A stretch of 63,897 bases of DNA, the filler included, from Lenisia limosa (Eukaryota > Protista > Breviatea): the NCBI GenBank assembly GCA_001655205.1. It is 9 parts of 9 records of this genome, joined end to end, with 100 filler letters (N's around TTAATTAATTAA, not from the genome) between each part and the next. Parts side by side here need not be neighbours in the genome. Positions count along the whole stretch, not along the records: positions 1 to 28,395 come from LPNZ01011166.1; 8 more parts are not named here. One strand, 5' to 3'. The position numbers and the translations under genes are program-made. The notes under the pieces are model-generated. The model worked only from the letters and a program-made list of their open reading frames with translations. It searched no databases and was not told where the DNA came from. This document shows positions 1-12,973 of the stretch, one piece after another; the first letter of the stretch is position 1; each line of letters starts with the position of its first letter.

Positions 1-69
1 CATAGTTTTGATCTGTAAAATGTTGTGCTGTCAATTCTTCCCACGTTTACCTCTCCCCCTTTCGTGCAG

Positions 70-3000
70 ATCATCGCCCTTCTTGCCGAATTTGATCTCA
101 ATTGGCCGCCTCTTTTCACTCAGATTATTGCAATGACGTCTGCTGTCAACTTCAACTTGGAGGTAAGAGCAATCGTCCTAGTTTCTGCTATTTGATTAAT
201 TTGACTACATAGATTATGAGTATTGCATGAGAATCATTTTTACTTTGTTTATAGTTGGCCTTTGATATTTCTGAACTTTAAGGTGGCCCAACCTGAGTGT
301 TCTCTTGTCAACCAGCTCGACTTCTATACGGTAAGCGTTATCGATACTGAGTTGACCCTTTCGTCACTCATGGATTCTCTTCGAAAAAATAACTACTTTT
401 TGGATAGGGGCGTTTCTTCCTTCACCACAACACAGTACTGGATGGTCAAGTGCGCTGCAGTCCTCATCGTCTTCCCGACCACCATTGTCATTGCTTTCCT
501 CGCTCGCTTTGTTGTTCCCGATCGAAAGGCAATCAGGTTTGTGTGACTTCTGATTTGGGATGGGGGTCCTTGTTCCCTAGTATACCTGCAATTCCTCCCC
601 TTGGTACTGCTTTTAATCAAACTTCCGTTTGGACCTCCACCAGCATTTTTCTATTTCCAGCATATTAGGGATATATGAATCGCCTGGGTCTTCCGATGCC
701 AGAAATATCATGGTTAAGAGAAAAAATAAATCAAGAGAAATAATAAATCAAGATAAATAAGATAAATGATTACATTGGTTCTTTACCCTTGTCAGAAGAG
801 TCAAATTCCACACTCTTGTCACTCTTCTCCTCACGACCTACCTTCCTGCTTCTCTTGTAAGTGGGGATGGTCATTGTTTGTGATAGACAGGTGATATCGA
901 TTGTCCCTTCTCAGCACTCTTTCGATAAACATGTTTCTGTTTTTTTCTTTGAAAGTAGTTTGTGGTGGTACTTGGAGAGAATTTCGTCGTTTACAATTGA
1001 CCGAGAGTAACAACCTCGCAGGTGGCACTGCAGTACTTCGACTGTGTGGACCATGGTGAAAATCTCGTACTTAGAGCTGGTATGAGGGTGTGCGGAAAGA
1101 GTCTTTCTATTTATTACCCACCTACACCCACAACACAAGTACATAATTCTACAAACGCAACAAACGCTACATATGCTACAAACGCTGCATACGCTACATA
1201 CGATTATACATATTACATAAGTATATGATATTATACTGTCTATATACAGAGACGCATTAAGCTGTATGCACAGAGTTGTAAGGCAAATAATTGGGTGAAT
1301 TAGTGTGATACTATAATCCATTTCTCTTATAAGCGGTGTGGACGACTTCGGCCAGATACAACATTATTGTTATTATATTGAACCATTAGCACCACCACCC
1401 ACCCCCATGCCACTCATCCCGTAGCACCTGCTGTCGAATGCTACACTGGAGATCATACAAAGTACCTCTGGGTCGGAGTTCTCTTCAATGGTAAGAGGAC
1501 AGTGAAGACCCAATTGCTAATATCGATGTTTATTGGGAAATTTCTTGTGAATCCAGAAGGACATTATCAATGGAATGTTTGTGTTTTATTTAGGTAATTT
1601 TTGTGTTGGTTTTTTTTTTTTTGTGTGTGTGTNNNNNNNNNNNNNNNNNNNNNNNNNNNNNNNNNNNNNNNNNNNNNNNNNNNNNNNNNNNNNNNNNNNN
1701 NNNNNNNNNNNNNNNNNNNNNNTGTACCTTCTTGGATACCCGAGTTTGGTGGCAGGAATCCTCTACTCAATCCGATCTCCTGAAAGAAGAGCGAAGGCTA
1801 AAGTCAGACAACGGTTGGTGGGAGAAGTTGAGAGCAGGTAATGCCATGACACTGGTTTAGAATCCATCTAACATTGTAATTTCTGTTATACATCTTGCTT
1901 ACCCCCCCCCCTCGATGAAGTGATGGGCTTCGCTGCTACAGAAGCGACTGGCCTAAACCTTTGTTTTGTTGTTTTCCCCGTGTGTTTCATGTGTCTTGCC
2001 AGCAAAGTTGATTATGGGCTTCTATGTTTACCCCCCCCCCCAGGCTCGGAGTTCTGTACCGACGCTTCCGACTCGGCTTCTTCTATTGGGAACTCGCAAT
2101 TATGCTCCGCACGGCTCTGCTTTGCCTTATTCTACGTGTTGTTACAGTTGCCACCTCACAGGTAAGCCCCGGTACAAACATTGAATAATCTATTTTACGT
2201 TACCCCTTTTAACCCCCTCCAGGCTGTCTTCATGATAGTGGTGATACAGGGACAGCTCTTCCTGCACCAGTACAAATGGCCCTTTGTTCACGCTAGTCTC
2301 AACGGGGCTGAGAGGAACGGCCTGTTGGTGACGTTCTTCCTGCTGCTATCTGGTCTGGGGTAATGGTTGTTAGCAATGATAAAGTAATATGACGTATGAT
2401 AGGATCCATATTGATACACTGTCAATTTTGCGTTGTTGACTCTGATACNNNNNNNNNNNNNNNNNNNNNNNNNNNNNNNNNNNNNNNNNNNNNNNNNNNN
2501 NNNNNNNNNNNNNNNNNNNNNNNNNNNNNNNNNNNNNNNNNNNNNNNNNNNNNNNNNNNNNTACGCGTGAATTTTGTGGATGGCTTCGGCCACATAGAAC
2601 CTTTTTCATAACATTCTCATTGCTATATATGTATATGTGATCATAAGTCACCCCACACCCCAGGCTTGACCTTCAAACACCAGTCCATGTCACCTGCAGC
2701 GGAGGGCCTTCTCCTCATCCTCTCTCTGTCCTGCCTTGTAGCTGTAGTGGCCCTCCCTCTCCTCAGCCTCTTTAGCAAAGTCCCTTCAGAGGAGTTTGAT
2801 GAAACGCTCGAAGTGAGCGACACTCATTTCACTCGCTCATTTTATCTGAATTATGATCAGCTATCATTGACATAATATAATATATAACATAGTATATTCT
2901 ACTCATTTGGGGAGGGAATAACATCTTAAGAAATGTTACCCCTCCATGTGATTATTTACCATGCAGAAAGGATATGATGACGACTTCATTGTAAAAGATG

Positions 3001-3076
3001 ACTTGTTTGAAATGGAGGTTGGCAAGTGTTTTTTTTTTTTTTCGTTTTTCCCCAGGCCCAATCTTTGATTATGTAG
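70..3076 (+). CDS. Multi-pass (about 7 TM) membrane protein, C-terminal part; 5' end lies outside the window
   Basis: About 13 GT-AG exons splice to IIALLAEFDLNWPPLFTQIIAMTSAVNFNLE-VAQPECSL...LQYFDC...ECYTGDH...LGVLYRRFRLGFFYWELAIMLRTALL...WPFVHASLNGAE...EME-AQSLIM* (TAG 3074-3076). The WP / PEC / LYxxF-YWE pattern is typical of the membrane domain of large protist receptor-like proteins. Confidence 0.75.
1215..1360. mobile_element. Family C remnant
   Basis: cacagagttgtaaggcaaataattgggtgaatta...ggtgtggacgacttcggccagataca. Other remnants at about 2575-2630 and 46765-46800. Confidence 0.65.
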
Positions 3077-3299
3077 GACAAGATCCACCCCACAGAAGAC
3101 GTAGACACCCATTCCACAGGCTTCTCAACGCTTTAAATTATGGTATTGTTTTATTTGTTTTATTTATGATTTTACTTATTATATCTTGTTCCATTAGAAA
3201 CATGTCTCCAAAGTTCATTGAATATGTTTAAACATTTCTTACAACCTTTTATGTTAACTACACAGTTATCAGGATACCCTCCTCATAAGCTAGTGAAAA

Positions 3300-3374
3300 A
3301 CAATTTCCAATCTATTAAGAACAAAACAAACATATTACAAATAAATAGGTGGCTGGGCATACCTTGGAGCATTT
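3300..3374 (+). repeat. About 75-bp near-exact duplicate of 3834-3903, ending at a 10-N gap
   Basis: caatttccaatct(a/g)ttaagaacaaaacaaac...gcataccttggagcattt occurs at both sites. Confidence 0.9.
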
Positions 3375-3475
3375 NNNNNNNNNNTAGATTTATCATAATA
3401 TTTATGTGATATTATACTGTATAAATTCATGTCACATCATGTTTAATGTTATCTGATTTGTACGTTATCCTCTAG

Positions 3476-6400
3476 GACGGCCTTCTTGCTGAAGCCTCCA
3501 TTGAAGTTCCCACCCCCAAGTCCCCAATTGTGGACAGTGGTGCTCTCCAGGTAGGTTCCAGCTGCCTTCCCATAAGAGACATTTCCCATTTGTTAAAACC
3601 TCTTTTACAACCTTTTTGAATTAGGAAATTGTAGCACCCACACATCCACCATATCTATGTCGATTACTCTACAGACTTATTGGAAGGAAATTCTGGTAAC
3701 TTTCGCTGAGCCCACAAACATGGCCTTCCATGCCTCCAACTGCTCTCAGATATTTGAGGTAATGCCCAATTGTCCATTAATCAAAGGTTCTTGTTTTTAT
3801 TATATTTTCCACCTCTTGTTTAAAACAAAAACAATTTCCAATCTGTTAAGAACAAAACAAACATATTACAAATAAATAGGTGGCTGGGCATACCTTGGAG
3901 CATTTGCACCTGGAGAATCAACAGGAGGGAGGGCGAACAAAATTATTAGATAATAGATAGGGAACTTCAGTTCGAAAAAAGACTGAATTTCTCGATAAAT
4001 TCTCGAAAACTATCGATATTGCACCGGTCTTTTTCGAACCAAAGTGAAGCCCTAACCATAGACCAATCTAATTCAGCCGTCGTAGAATTAATGATTTATA
4101 TATCCCAGCTGACTGCCTTGAGGGGCGAAGGAAGAAGGGACAGTGTTACTATAGGCAGGGACAGGGGCAGGCTAAACGGTGAAGAGAAAAATGGGAGAAG
4201 CAGATGACCATTGAGTAATTTCACCTGAGACCCCCCGAGAAATGGAACTGTTACGATGAAAGAAACTGTTTAGGTTCTCATCTAGCACTGTTCACACACC
4301 TGATGGGGCATGTATTGACACACTCAAATGATTGACACCCTATTTTTGGCATCTTATCTTACAATAAAGCTCCCAAGCCCCCAGTATTTTGGATCAGGCA
4401 GCCAGTGCTTCTGGAAGTCAAGTAATCAGTTAGGGAGGGTTTCCTTTCATAAGCCCAAATCTGTGAATACTCAGATAACTAAGTAATAATGAATAATAAA
4501 CTAAGTAATAAAGAATGAAAAACATGAGCTGTAGGCTCAGTTAACTGTTTAGACTAACCATTCAACTTGGAAATCTCCCTGACATCCCACCCGTCGAGGT
4601 TTGTGATGACTAAACAATGGCAATTTATTTCGCTTTCGTTTCTATATTATTCGCTTAATAATGCGTAATATTTATCATTGAACCCCCCTCCCCAACCCTC
4701 ACCACTCCAGGGAGAAGACCTAGTTTTCCGAAGTGACGTCATCCAACACGCATCAGGCTTCGGCGAATTCATGCGTATGTTGCTGTAATAAGATTATCTC
4801 ATGCGTATGTTGCTTTAATAAGTTTGATAGGATTATTTCTTGTGTATGTTGCTTTAATGAGATTATCTGGTAACGCTTCGGTTCCCTTCGTGAACATCGG
4901 GATTTTTCGACAAATTTGGAGTTCACTTCAAACGTCCTCAGACCACAGTCTTTGTTATTTGTAAGGCTTCCCTTCGGTTCCAAAATAACGAGGGAAATTT
5001 CGAAAGTTTTGGAGTTTATCGAGAAATTCAGTCTTTTTTCGAACCGAAGTGAAGCTCCAGTTATTTGCAAAGAAGGACACTCACCACGCAGCACGCACGG
5101 TGTTTAAGACGCAGACGCCATCCCTGTCGTACATCTCTGTCACACGAATCTACGCTCCCGACACAATTTCGCCATGTCAGAACTTCACGGGGGCGTACCG
5201 CATTGATAACGGCGGTGTCTATGGCCATCTGGCCANNNNNNNNNNNNNNNNNNNNNNNNNNNNNNNNNNNNNNNNNNNNNNNNNNNNNNNNNNNNNNNNN
5301 NNNNNNNNNNNNNNNNNNNNNNNNNNNNNNNNNNNNTTTCTCATTTCTACCTACCTTGGCTTACACTTCGTTACCAACAGCTGTATTTCCTTTATTATCC
5401 TTAATAAATATTGATGTTTTCTGATGCTCCGTTGGGAAGCCCATAAAAGGGCAGCAGCGTTTCTTGGGAAATATCAAGGGAGAAGGGCAGCCTTATCTTG
5501 GTCACACAGTTGAAATAGATCAATAAACAGGATAATTGTGTTATACACAAGTGTTTTTCTTCGTTTTACCACCTAAGGAACATTGATCCCGGCACCCCTG
5601 AGTTGGCCGCACACCTTGCCACCCAGGTTACCACGTCCCTGTTCATCCCTAGTCATCTTCTTTCGCCATCAACAATATACCAAGTATGCCCCTGGCTTAT
5701 AACTGGAGCCCATAGTACATATGATATAATACGCTATCATTCATGAACAGTGAGATAAGACATTATGAGTTAACGTGTATTCTCTTATTAAGCCGAGTCA
5801 TTGTTCCTCTCCAGATACAGTCGCAGCCTACTCCAATTGACAGCTGGAGCCCGCCTCGTTCAAATAGCCAACTCATTGTTGCTGATGCCAACACGCCGAC
5901 TGTCAGCATGGTGGTATGGGGGNNNNNNNNNNNNNNNNNNNNNNNNNNNNNNNNNNNNNNNNNNNNNNNNNNNNNNNNNNNNNNNNNNNNNNNNNNNNNN
6001 NNNNNNNNNNNNNNNNNNNNNNNNNNNNNNGTCAAATATCATTATCGTAATATTCCTTGAAAACACCAGCACCACCGTACTCACAATTTGTTGTCTTACG
6101 ACTCAGTACACCCCTTCCAGCCACAGATCCGGCCAGGCTGTATCTGCCAAGGTTTGCTGCGGAAACCCTTTCCCGACTTTGGCTTCTTGTATCTTCAATT
6201 CTTCCTTTCTTGACTTTGGCTTCTTGCATCTTCAAATTATCATTTATTCATGCATATCTCGCGTATATTTTCCGTATTGCGCCATTTGGTTCTGGAATAT
6301 TACAGCACCAAGCGTGATTACATAGGCCACGGTGCTAGACCACTGTTCAGTTGGACTGAACTTCAACTATTCATGGAGCCTCACAGGCACCGATGGCATT

Positions 6401-9400
6401 CCGTTTGACTGGAGCAAGCAGACCTCTACTACTCTTGGTGGGGGAGGGGGTAGAATTCCTGCACTGCTCTTGTCCATTGCTATCAAAAATTGTTAATCTG
6501 TATTTTTGATCCAAGATATACCCATGGGGGGGGGGGGAGGTTGATGTGCTGGGCCAGGTGGAAAATGAGGCCTAGAATTATATCATATAGTGGATGACTG
6601 CTCTAATGCGACGATTTTCACCGTTCTTAGAGATACCCGAGGGACTCATGTATCTGAATCCGAAGTACTCCACAGCCTGGCGCTACCTGACGTTCTTTGC
6701 CCATTACAACGGGGGGTCCGCTTCAGGTACTGATTAGTGGCCTCTCATGAATAAGAATGCCAATGATGAATTAATGACGTAACTGCAACTTACTATCTTC
6801 ACTAGAACCTGATTTTGGGTGTCTATAATCTTGAACCTGGGGAGAGAGTAGCTGCAAGAAAGCATAACTTTTTATTTCCTTTGTGTATGATGATATAGTA
6901 TCTGTGATATATAATTATGCATAATATGATGATTATTGCCTTATTCTACGAAGGGCTTTGCAGCTGTAGTAGCTTATTGATTCTCTCAGTCAAAGCCACT
7001 TTTGCCACCCTAAAGCCAACCCTCATTGTGTCCATCAATGGAGGGGAGGCCGAAAGCCCGTCTAGTGCACCGTTGAGGCTCGAGGTGGGCGTCTATGTCA
7101 TACATGTTATAGAATGTCATACATGTTACAGAATATAATAAATTGCTAATTGTGATCACATGATACCATAGTGTGTAGTGTTTGTTTTGTTGTTATCTAC
7201 CCTCGTGTGTTGTCAGCCAACAAAGTTGATTTTGAGCTCTTTTTGTTTCAAAATTTTCAATTTTACAACCCCCCTCCCCGCAGACCGTTGACAGTGGCCA
7301 GACAGAACCCACAGGAGCGGCTGATCCTGTGTCCTTCATGTGGAGCTGTGTCTCGTCAAGGTATGGGCCTCAGTATCCAGATAAACTGTTTTTGAACAAA
7401 ATATAAATATTATATTTTACCCATGAGTTTTTTTTTTCGGCATCATTTTCCCTGGGACTTTTGTCATTTAAAACATAGTAGCATATTTCATAGTTAAAGA
7501 GGAATGGGATCTGTTGTCCGATAAGCAGCAAGACTTAATAATATGATATACATTATCGTGTATAATATGTTCATATGCACCTTATTTTCAGGAAGAAGCC
7601 AGGTATTTTGATAACTTGTAAATCCTGACCTTCAGCCCGTCGTACCTCTGTGCGGACCTTGAGGCGGTTTCAAACCTCACACAGCGAGTCCTTGTGGTCC
7701 CCAATGAACACCTTTTNNNNNNNNNNNNNNNNNNNNNNNNNNNNNNNNNNNNNNNNNNNNNNNNNNNNNNNNNNNNNNNNNNNNNNNNNNNNNNNNNNNN
7801 NNNNNNNNNNNNNNNAGTTGACAGACAATCTTGAGTATTCAGTGACGATTTAGGTGACTGTTCACCGTGCACTGTATGGCAGGACACGAAGCGCTCAAAC
7901 CAATGTTCGCATTACAAGCCCAGCCTCGGCCAAGGTCTGTTGTGCATAAAATACGGCTGAAATGTTTTCGAATTTTGCTCATCATAATCCTTTGCTTCCC
8001 TCTCAAATCCTCGTGTATGTGCCCATTGTTGTTGGCCAATTTTTTCGGATGATTATGCTTTGATTGCCCCCCCCCCCAGATTTGGATTGACCCTGTGGCA
8101 TCAGCCTCGATCACAGACGGGGTCACTGCCTGCTGATGGTACTAAGGGGCTTGAGTTTGTTGTTTACTCTATATTATCACTTACGTATAACTTGGGCTTC
8201 CCAACGGTCCGAAAAAGACCAGTAAAATATCGATATTTATATCGAGAAATTCAGTCTTTTTTGGGACCGTAGGGAATCCCTACCGGTGTAATGTATCAAG
8301 TAAGATATAGTACATTCTTTTCAAGAAAGATACCCCAGCACTTACTCTACAGTGGACAAAGGACGTTCCAGTAATACGGCACTCACCACTGGTGGTTACA
8401 CGTAAGCCTTAAAAACCTTAAAGGAATATGGAAGCCAGAGATAAATGCTTATGATTATTATTATCCAACTATTTATAAAGTATTGCATAGTACATAGTAT
8501 AGTTTGATCAGTGACCGGTATAAGTCTTGACTGATTTTGATTTCCCCAAGGAAATTTGGTCAAAACATATCCCGGTCACTGTATTTGGAGTGTTTCCCAG
8601 CCCCACTCAACGCCGCAGTCTCGCGTGGAGTTGTGAAGGCATCGACCTTGCAGCAGTCAGTACTGTTGTTCAGACTCTTGTCATCCCCGCTGCCCTGCTC
8701 GAGCCTACCAAATCCTATACCTGCGAACTCCAGGTATGTGGTGTTTAGCTGCCTGACCAACAGAGTTGATTTTTTTTTGTTTCATAAGTATTCCAATTTT
8801 ACTCCCTCTCTGTCCCCTGCTATTACCCTCCAAATCACCCAATCTTCCCAGTAATCCACGTAAGTCCCCTTTGCCCCGAGAGTTGATTGGGGGGTGTTTC
8901 ACAAACGTCCCTTATATGGCCAGATACAACCTTGGCTTATTTCACTCCTCTGAATATCAGAACCATATCATGATGACTGACCTGTATATCATATGACGCG
9001 TGCCAGGTTCTAAAGGGCTTCTCTTCACAGAAGTCGGTGGTGTCGTTTACAACCAATTCGCCACCTTTTGGCGGAACATGCGGCCTTGTACACGGTCCGG
9101 GTGCTGTTACTTACATGGGGTTTACACTCTGCAGCAGGTCTATTTTATGCTCTAATTTGGGGTGCTGTTACAACATGGGGTTGTGAATCAACACTCTTCT
9201 TGTGATTTCTTTTTAACTTTTGTTTAGTAAGGGATGGAGTTTATTATGATGCCTTTTTTTAACATATTTGAGCTTACCTTATAGCTTTTCTCATACCCAT
9301 CATAATCTGTGAAACATCAGCTAACCCCCCCCCCCACACACNNNNNNNNNNNNNNNNNNNNNNNNNNNNNNNNNNNNNNNNNNNNNNNNNNNNNNNNNNN

Positions 9401-9728
9401 NNNNNNNNNNNNNNNNNNNGGAGGTTGAGATTGAGTGTTCCAGCTGGTGGATCGGCTCTTCAAGCTCTCTCTACTTCGCTGTTGGCTGGGGGAATTAATT
9501 TTTATAAACCTAAACCACCTTAGACCAAAACTTCAATTTCCCCACCAAATATTCTTTATCTTTTCCAAGCCATGGTCCTCACATTGTCAGCTCTACGTTT
9601 TGCCGTCACCCCTCGAGCCGACCTTAGCCAACGCCGTGTCATTCGGTACTTTGGTTGTGCCTCTGCAGAGGAACCCTCTCACCAAAACGCTGCTCCCAGC
9701 TGGCCACTTCAACTATGTTGTCCAGATA
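3476..9728 (+). CDS. REJ (polycystin-1-like) ectodomain protein, partial at both ends
   Basis: Exons give REJ-type motifs: LIVSINGGEAE, DPVSFMWSC, LAWSCEG...LVIPAALLEPTKSYTCELQ-VLKG...FTTNSPPFGGTC, LLPAGHFNYVVQI. Upstream segments VTFAEPTN...NCSQIF, YFGSGSQCFW and PDTISPC also fit. No start or stop was found. Confidence 0.75.
3958..4054. mobile_element. MITE-like family A (about 100 bp palindrome)
   Basis: TA-GGGaacttcagttcgaaaaaagactg...ctttttcgaaccaaagtgaagCCC-TA; intronic. Confidence 0.8.
4235..4318 (+). repeat. 84-bp exact duplicate of 10608-10691
   Basis: ccgagaaatggaactgttacgatgaaag...gatggggcatgtattga is identical at both sites by eye. Confidence 0.9.
4768..4868. repeat. Imperfect tandem repeat, three units
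   Basis: (g/t)gtatgttgct(g/t)taat(a/g)ag core repeated in an intron. Confidence 0.7.
4962..5056. mobile_element. MITE-like family A
   Basis: ggcttcccttcggttcc...ttttttcgaaccgaagtgaagc; intronic, with a degraded relative at about 4873-4930. Confidence 0.7.
6176..6235. repeat. Direct repeat, two units
   Basis: gactttggcttcttg(t/c)atcttcaa twice. Confidence 0.75.
7181..7283 (+). repeat. Family D intron repeat ending at a 3' splice site
   Basis: tttgttttgttgttatctaccctcgtgtgttgtcagccaacaaagttgattttg...ttgtttcaaaattttcaattttac-ccccctccccgCAG, then a REJ exon. Confidence 0.8.
8191..8282. mobile_element. MITE-like family A
   Basis: gggcttcccaacggtccgaaaaagacc...ttttttgggaccgtagggaatccc-ta. Confidence 0.75.
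8509..8581. mobile_element. MITE-like family B (about 80 bp, CAGTGACCGGGATAAGTCTTGACCGATTT arms)
   Basis: CAGTGACCGG...CCGGTCACTG-TA palindrome; intronic. Confidence 0.8.
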
Positions 9729-9804
9729 TAGTGGGAAGGAGGGGAGTATTTGCCTAACTATAATGTGTGTGCCAGATACAGCCTTATTTTATATTTCACA
9801 TGAC

Positions 9805-9995
9805 TATAGCAATGAGAAATAAAAATAAGGGCGAAGCCGTCCACACCATCACGATTATAAGAGATATTGGATTGTAGTATAATATTAACCCAATCATTTG
9901 CCTTACAACTCTGTACACATAGCGTTCTGCGTGCCTCCCCAGCATACCTACAAGGATTAGATTCATGAATATGGTCAATAGCCCCTCATTGCTAT
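9805..9995. mobile_element. MITE-like family C, right arm shortened
   Basis: TATAGCAATGAG...ttgccttacaactctgtacaca...CTCATTGCTATA. Confidence 0.75.
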
Positions 9996-10459
9996 ATAAA
10001 CTGAGTCATAAAAGGTCTGACACAAATATCTTTGGCCGTTTGAAACCCAAATATATAATGTGAATAACGTACTACAGGCAATTCCGCCTCTATAATGCCG
10101 CCTCATATTTCCGTTTTTTGTTTGTTTGTTTTTTTTTTTTTGNNNNNNNNNNNNNNNNNNNNNNNNNNNNNNNNNNNNNNNNNNNNNNNNNNNNNNNNNN
10201 NNNNNNNNNNNNNNNNNNNNNNNNNNNNNNNNNNNNNNNNNNNNNNNNNNNNNNNNNNNNNNNNNNNNNNNNNNNNNNNNNNNNNNNNNNNNNNNNNNNN
10301 NNNNNNNNNNNNNNNNNNNNNNNNNNNNNNNNNNNNNNNNNNNNNNNNNNNNNNNNNNNNNNNNNNNNNNNNNNNNNNNNNNNNNNNNNNNCGCCAATAA
10401 TGAGCCGGCATAGTTGACTCTGGTTTTTTTTTTATTTCATCCAATTTCCTTTTCATCTA

Positions 10460-12748
10460 TCAGGCTGCCATGGCCACATCCAGCCTCTCGGGACCGGGGG
10501 CTGAGTCCCTGCTCACGTCTCTCAGCAGCATTTCTNNNNNNNNNNGGGGGTTGTGAGGAGGGGCTAATGGTAAGAGTTGGAGAACAACGTTCTGGTACAA
10601 AAAGGGTCCGAGAAATGGAACTGTTACGATGAAAGAAACTGTTTAGGTTCTCATCTAGCACTGTTCACACACCTGATGGGGCATGTATTGAGGGGGCTGG
10701 TGCATTACCGGTTGAGGTTGGGGAGGTTGGAGTGCGGGAACCTGGCTGGATTAGACAATTATAATATTGAGCCTTTCCCTGTGAAACAAATGAAGCCACC
10801 ACATGTGTCACATTGCATACCACTGGCGGCGGAGGGGGCTGGTAATAAGCGGGGGCGGCCGGGGTTTGGAGCATGCCCGTTGACTGGCCTTGGTTGAAGG
10901 TAGCTCGGGGCTTCGGGGCCGGAGCTGAGTGGTGAGGATAGCATTACTATGATTATTATTATTGTGCCCAAACACAAAGAGAACTAACCATAAGGTGCAG
11001 CACGGGGTGCAAACTTGGGTTCACGGGGCTGGGGAGCTGCGGCAGCGGGGGCAGGCTGGAAGGTAAGGATTAGAGTGCTTTTCTTTTTTTTTTACTTGGG
11101 GAAGAGGGAGGTAAAATTGGGAAATTTATGAATCAAAATAATAGCCAGAATCCTCTTTTGGCTAAACATTTGGAGTTGTAATAACTGAGAAAAGGGAAAG
11201 AATAGAAGAAAGCGAGTACATACTCTTTCGATATTGCGTCTGCGCGCAACGACTGAATCGTGCACAGGTTCGTAGAGGGGCTGCAAGAGGGCCTCGAGGA
11301 TAGTGAACTTCTCATTCGCTACACTCGGGTCTCTGAAGGATGAGACATATCAGTTTGGATGCAAATCACATCAATTCGAAAAAAATCAGGACAATATTGA
11401 TTTTACTGGTATATACATGTATGTATATGCATATCAAATGTATCATAAATGTGTCAATTATTATTAATAGTATTATTCATTTTAAAAAAGTTTTCATACG
11501 CGGAAATGGTGGCAATGAGCTGGAGAGGCTTGTCTTTGTGCGCCTCATCCTTTGATATCTTTTTGCCGACAACCCTAAACAAATTAAGGTGGCAATTCAT
11601 TCCTTATGAATTCATATGAGGAATTGAGTACGGCAGCCAGAAAGCAAGAAAGGCAGCCGCTTACTGGATATTGCATCCAGTACAGTGGCGGAGCTCAGTG
11701 ATGGTTTGTCCGCGAGGGCCGACAATCTAAAGGCATGAGCCGTTGGCACGAGGGAAGGGTTAGGGTTAAAGCAGGTTTCAAATGGGAAATTTGCCTCGGA
11801 TAGCAGTTAATTTTCGAAGAATAGGCCTCCTTGGAGTGTCTGTATATTATTCTATTTTGTATTGATAATGACGCTTAAGTCAATTTTGAGAAAGGAGAAA
11901 AAGAGGCAAAAGTAAAGAATACCGTGCTTCGGATATTCAAGACAACTTCCCCATTTGAAAGAAACCCTGCTTTAACAAAACACCTTCCCTACCCAATGAA
12001 GTTGAAGCTTTCGTCTTTTTCACCTCCCCTACCTTCCCAATGAAGTTGAAGCTTTCGTCTTTTTCAGTGGGCACCATGAAGCTGCAGGAGTAAGATGGGG
12101 CTCGTGGGGGGTTAAACCTGAAACACAGAAATTTTAAGGATGAATCTTGGAACAAGGGTGATGTGAAATAAGGAAAAGTTAGGTTCACTATCGTTTTGAT
12201 AAATGAGTGAGGTGAGAATGAAACTAACGCAGATTAGGTCATTGTGAGGGTCAATATGGCATACATCTTTTCCACGGGGGTAACAGCAGGGTTGGGAGTG
12301 GGATTGCTTGGGAGAGGTTCCTGAGGAAGTAACAGGTGTGTGATCCTCATTCACCAAGAGTAAAAGATGGTTAGTGAGGTAGTTGAGAATTAAAATGAAA
12401 TCAATTTCTTTGTGAATTGCTATGACTAATTTTAAAAAAGACTTAACTTAGATGAAAGGCTTGGAAATTGAACAGCAAAAATATACGGTCGCATTCCCAT
12501 TTTACCTTTCCATAACGCTCTCTCATCGTGTGCAATTCATTCAAAATCGCAGTAGAGATGCCGGGAAAGGCAAGAACCTTGAGATATAAGAGACCAAAAA
12601 AAAAGTATCATTCTTACGTTGCTTTCGCTTTTAAACCATCCCAACGCTTCATTACAGAATGATGAGAGAACAGCCACGTCCTTTACATCTCTGAAAAGTT
12701 AGTTGCCACTAGCTTGTGTTCTTACGTTTTGTGCTGCCTGTAACTCAT
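10460..12748 (-). CDS. KH-domain RNA-binding protein, STAR type (QKI/KHDRBS/SF1-like), with a P/Q-rich tail
   Basis: Exon 11650-11715 reads IVGPRGQTITELRHCTGCNI (KH GxxG loop). It is followed by VVGKKISKDEAHKDKPLQL and ILEALLQPLYEPVHDSVVARR (QUA2-like), then VPALQPPQPQPVMHQPPQYMPHQ. Putative ATG at 12748; stop position approximate. Confidence 0.65.
11995..12064. repeat. Direct repeat, two units
   Basis: ccaatgaagttgaagctttcgtcttttt twice. Confidence 0.8.
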
Positions 12749-12973
12749 ATTCAACTTATTTGGAAGAACTGAGAGACTTTATTTTCCAAAAATAAATAAG
12801 CTTATATATTTACTAGACATGGGACTCCGCACATCACGGATTATTTTGTGAATGCAAATAGATTTGATTCATTATATTCGGCTGAGAGTATATGCTGTTG
12901 TTTATATGTAAATAATTTTCGAAAATTGGGGCCGATTATGTAATTTGAATTTAGTGAAACTGTAATTAACACG

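Noticed and set aside
4235-4318. C/D-box snoRNA (CGATGA...CTGA)
   Set aside because: The C box is imperfect, I recognise no rRNA guide, and the other copy overlaps a coding exon and donor on the opposite strand. A copied fragment explains it better.
8845-8866. 8-nt micro-exon (cag-taatccac-gtaag) in the REJ gene
   Set aside because: It would introduce a stop; the flanking exons join in frame without it.
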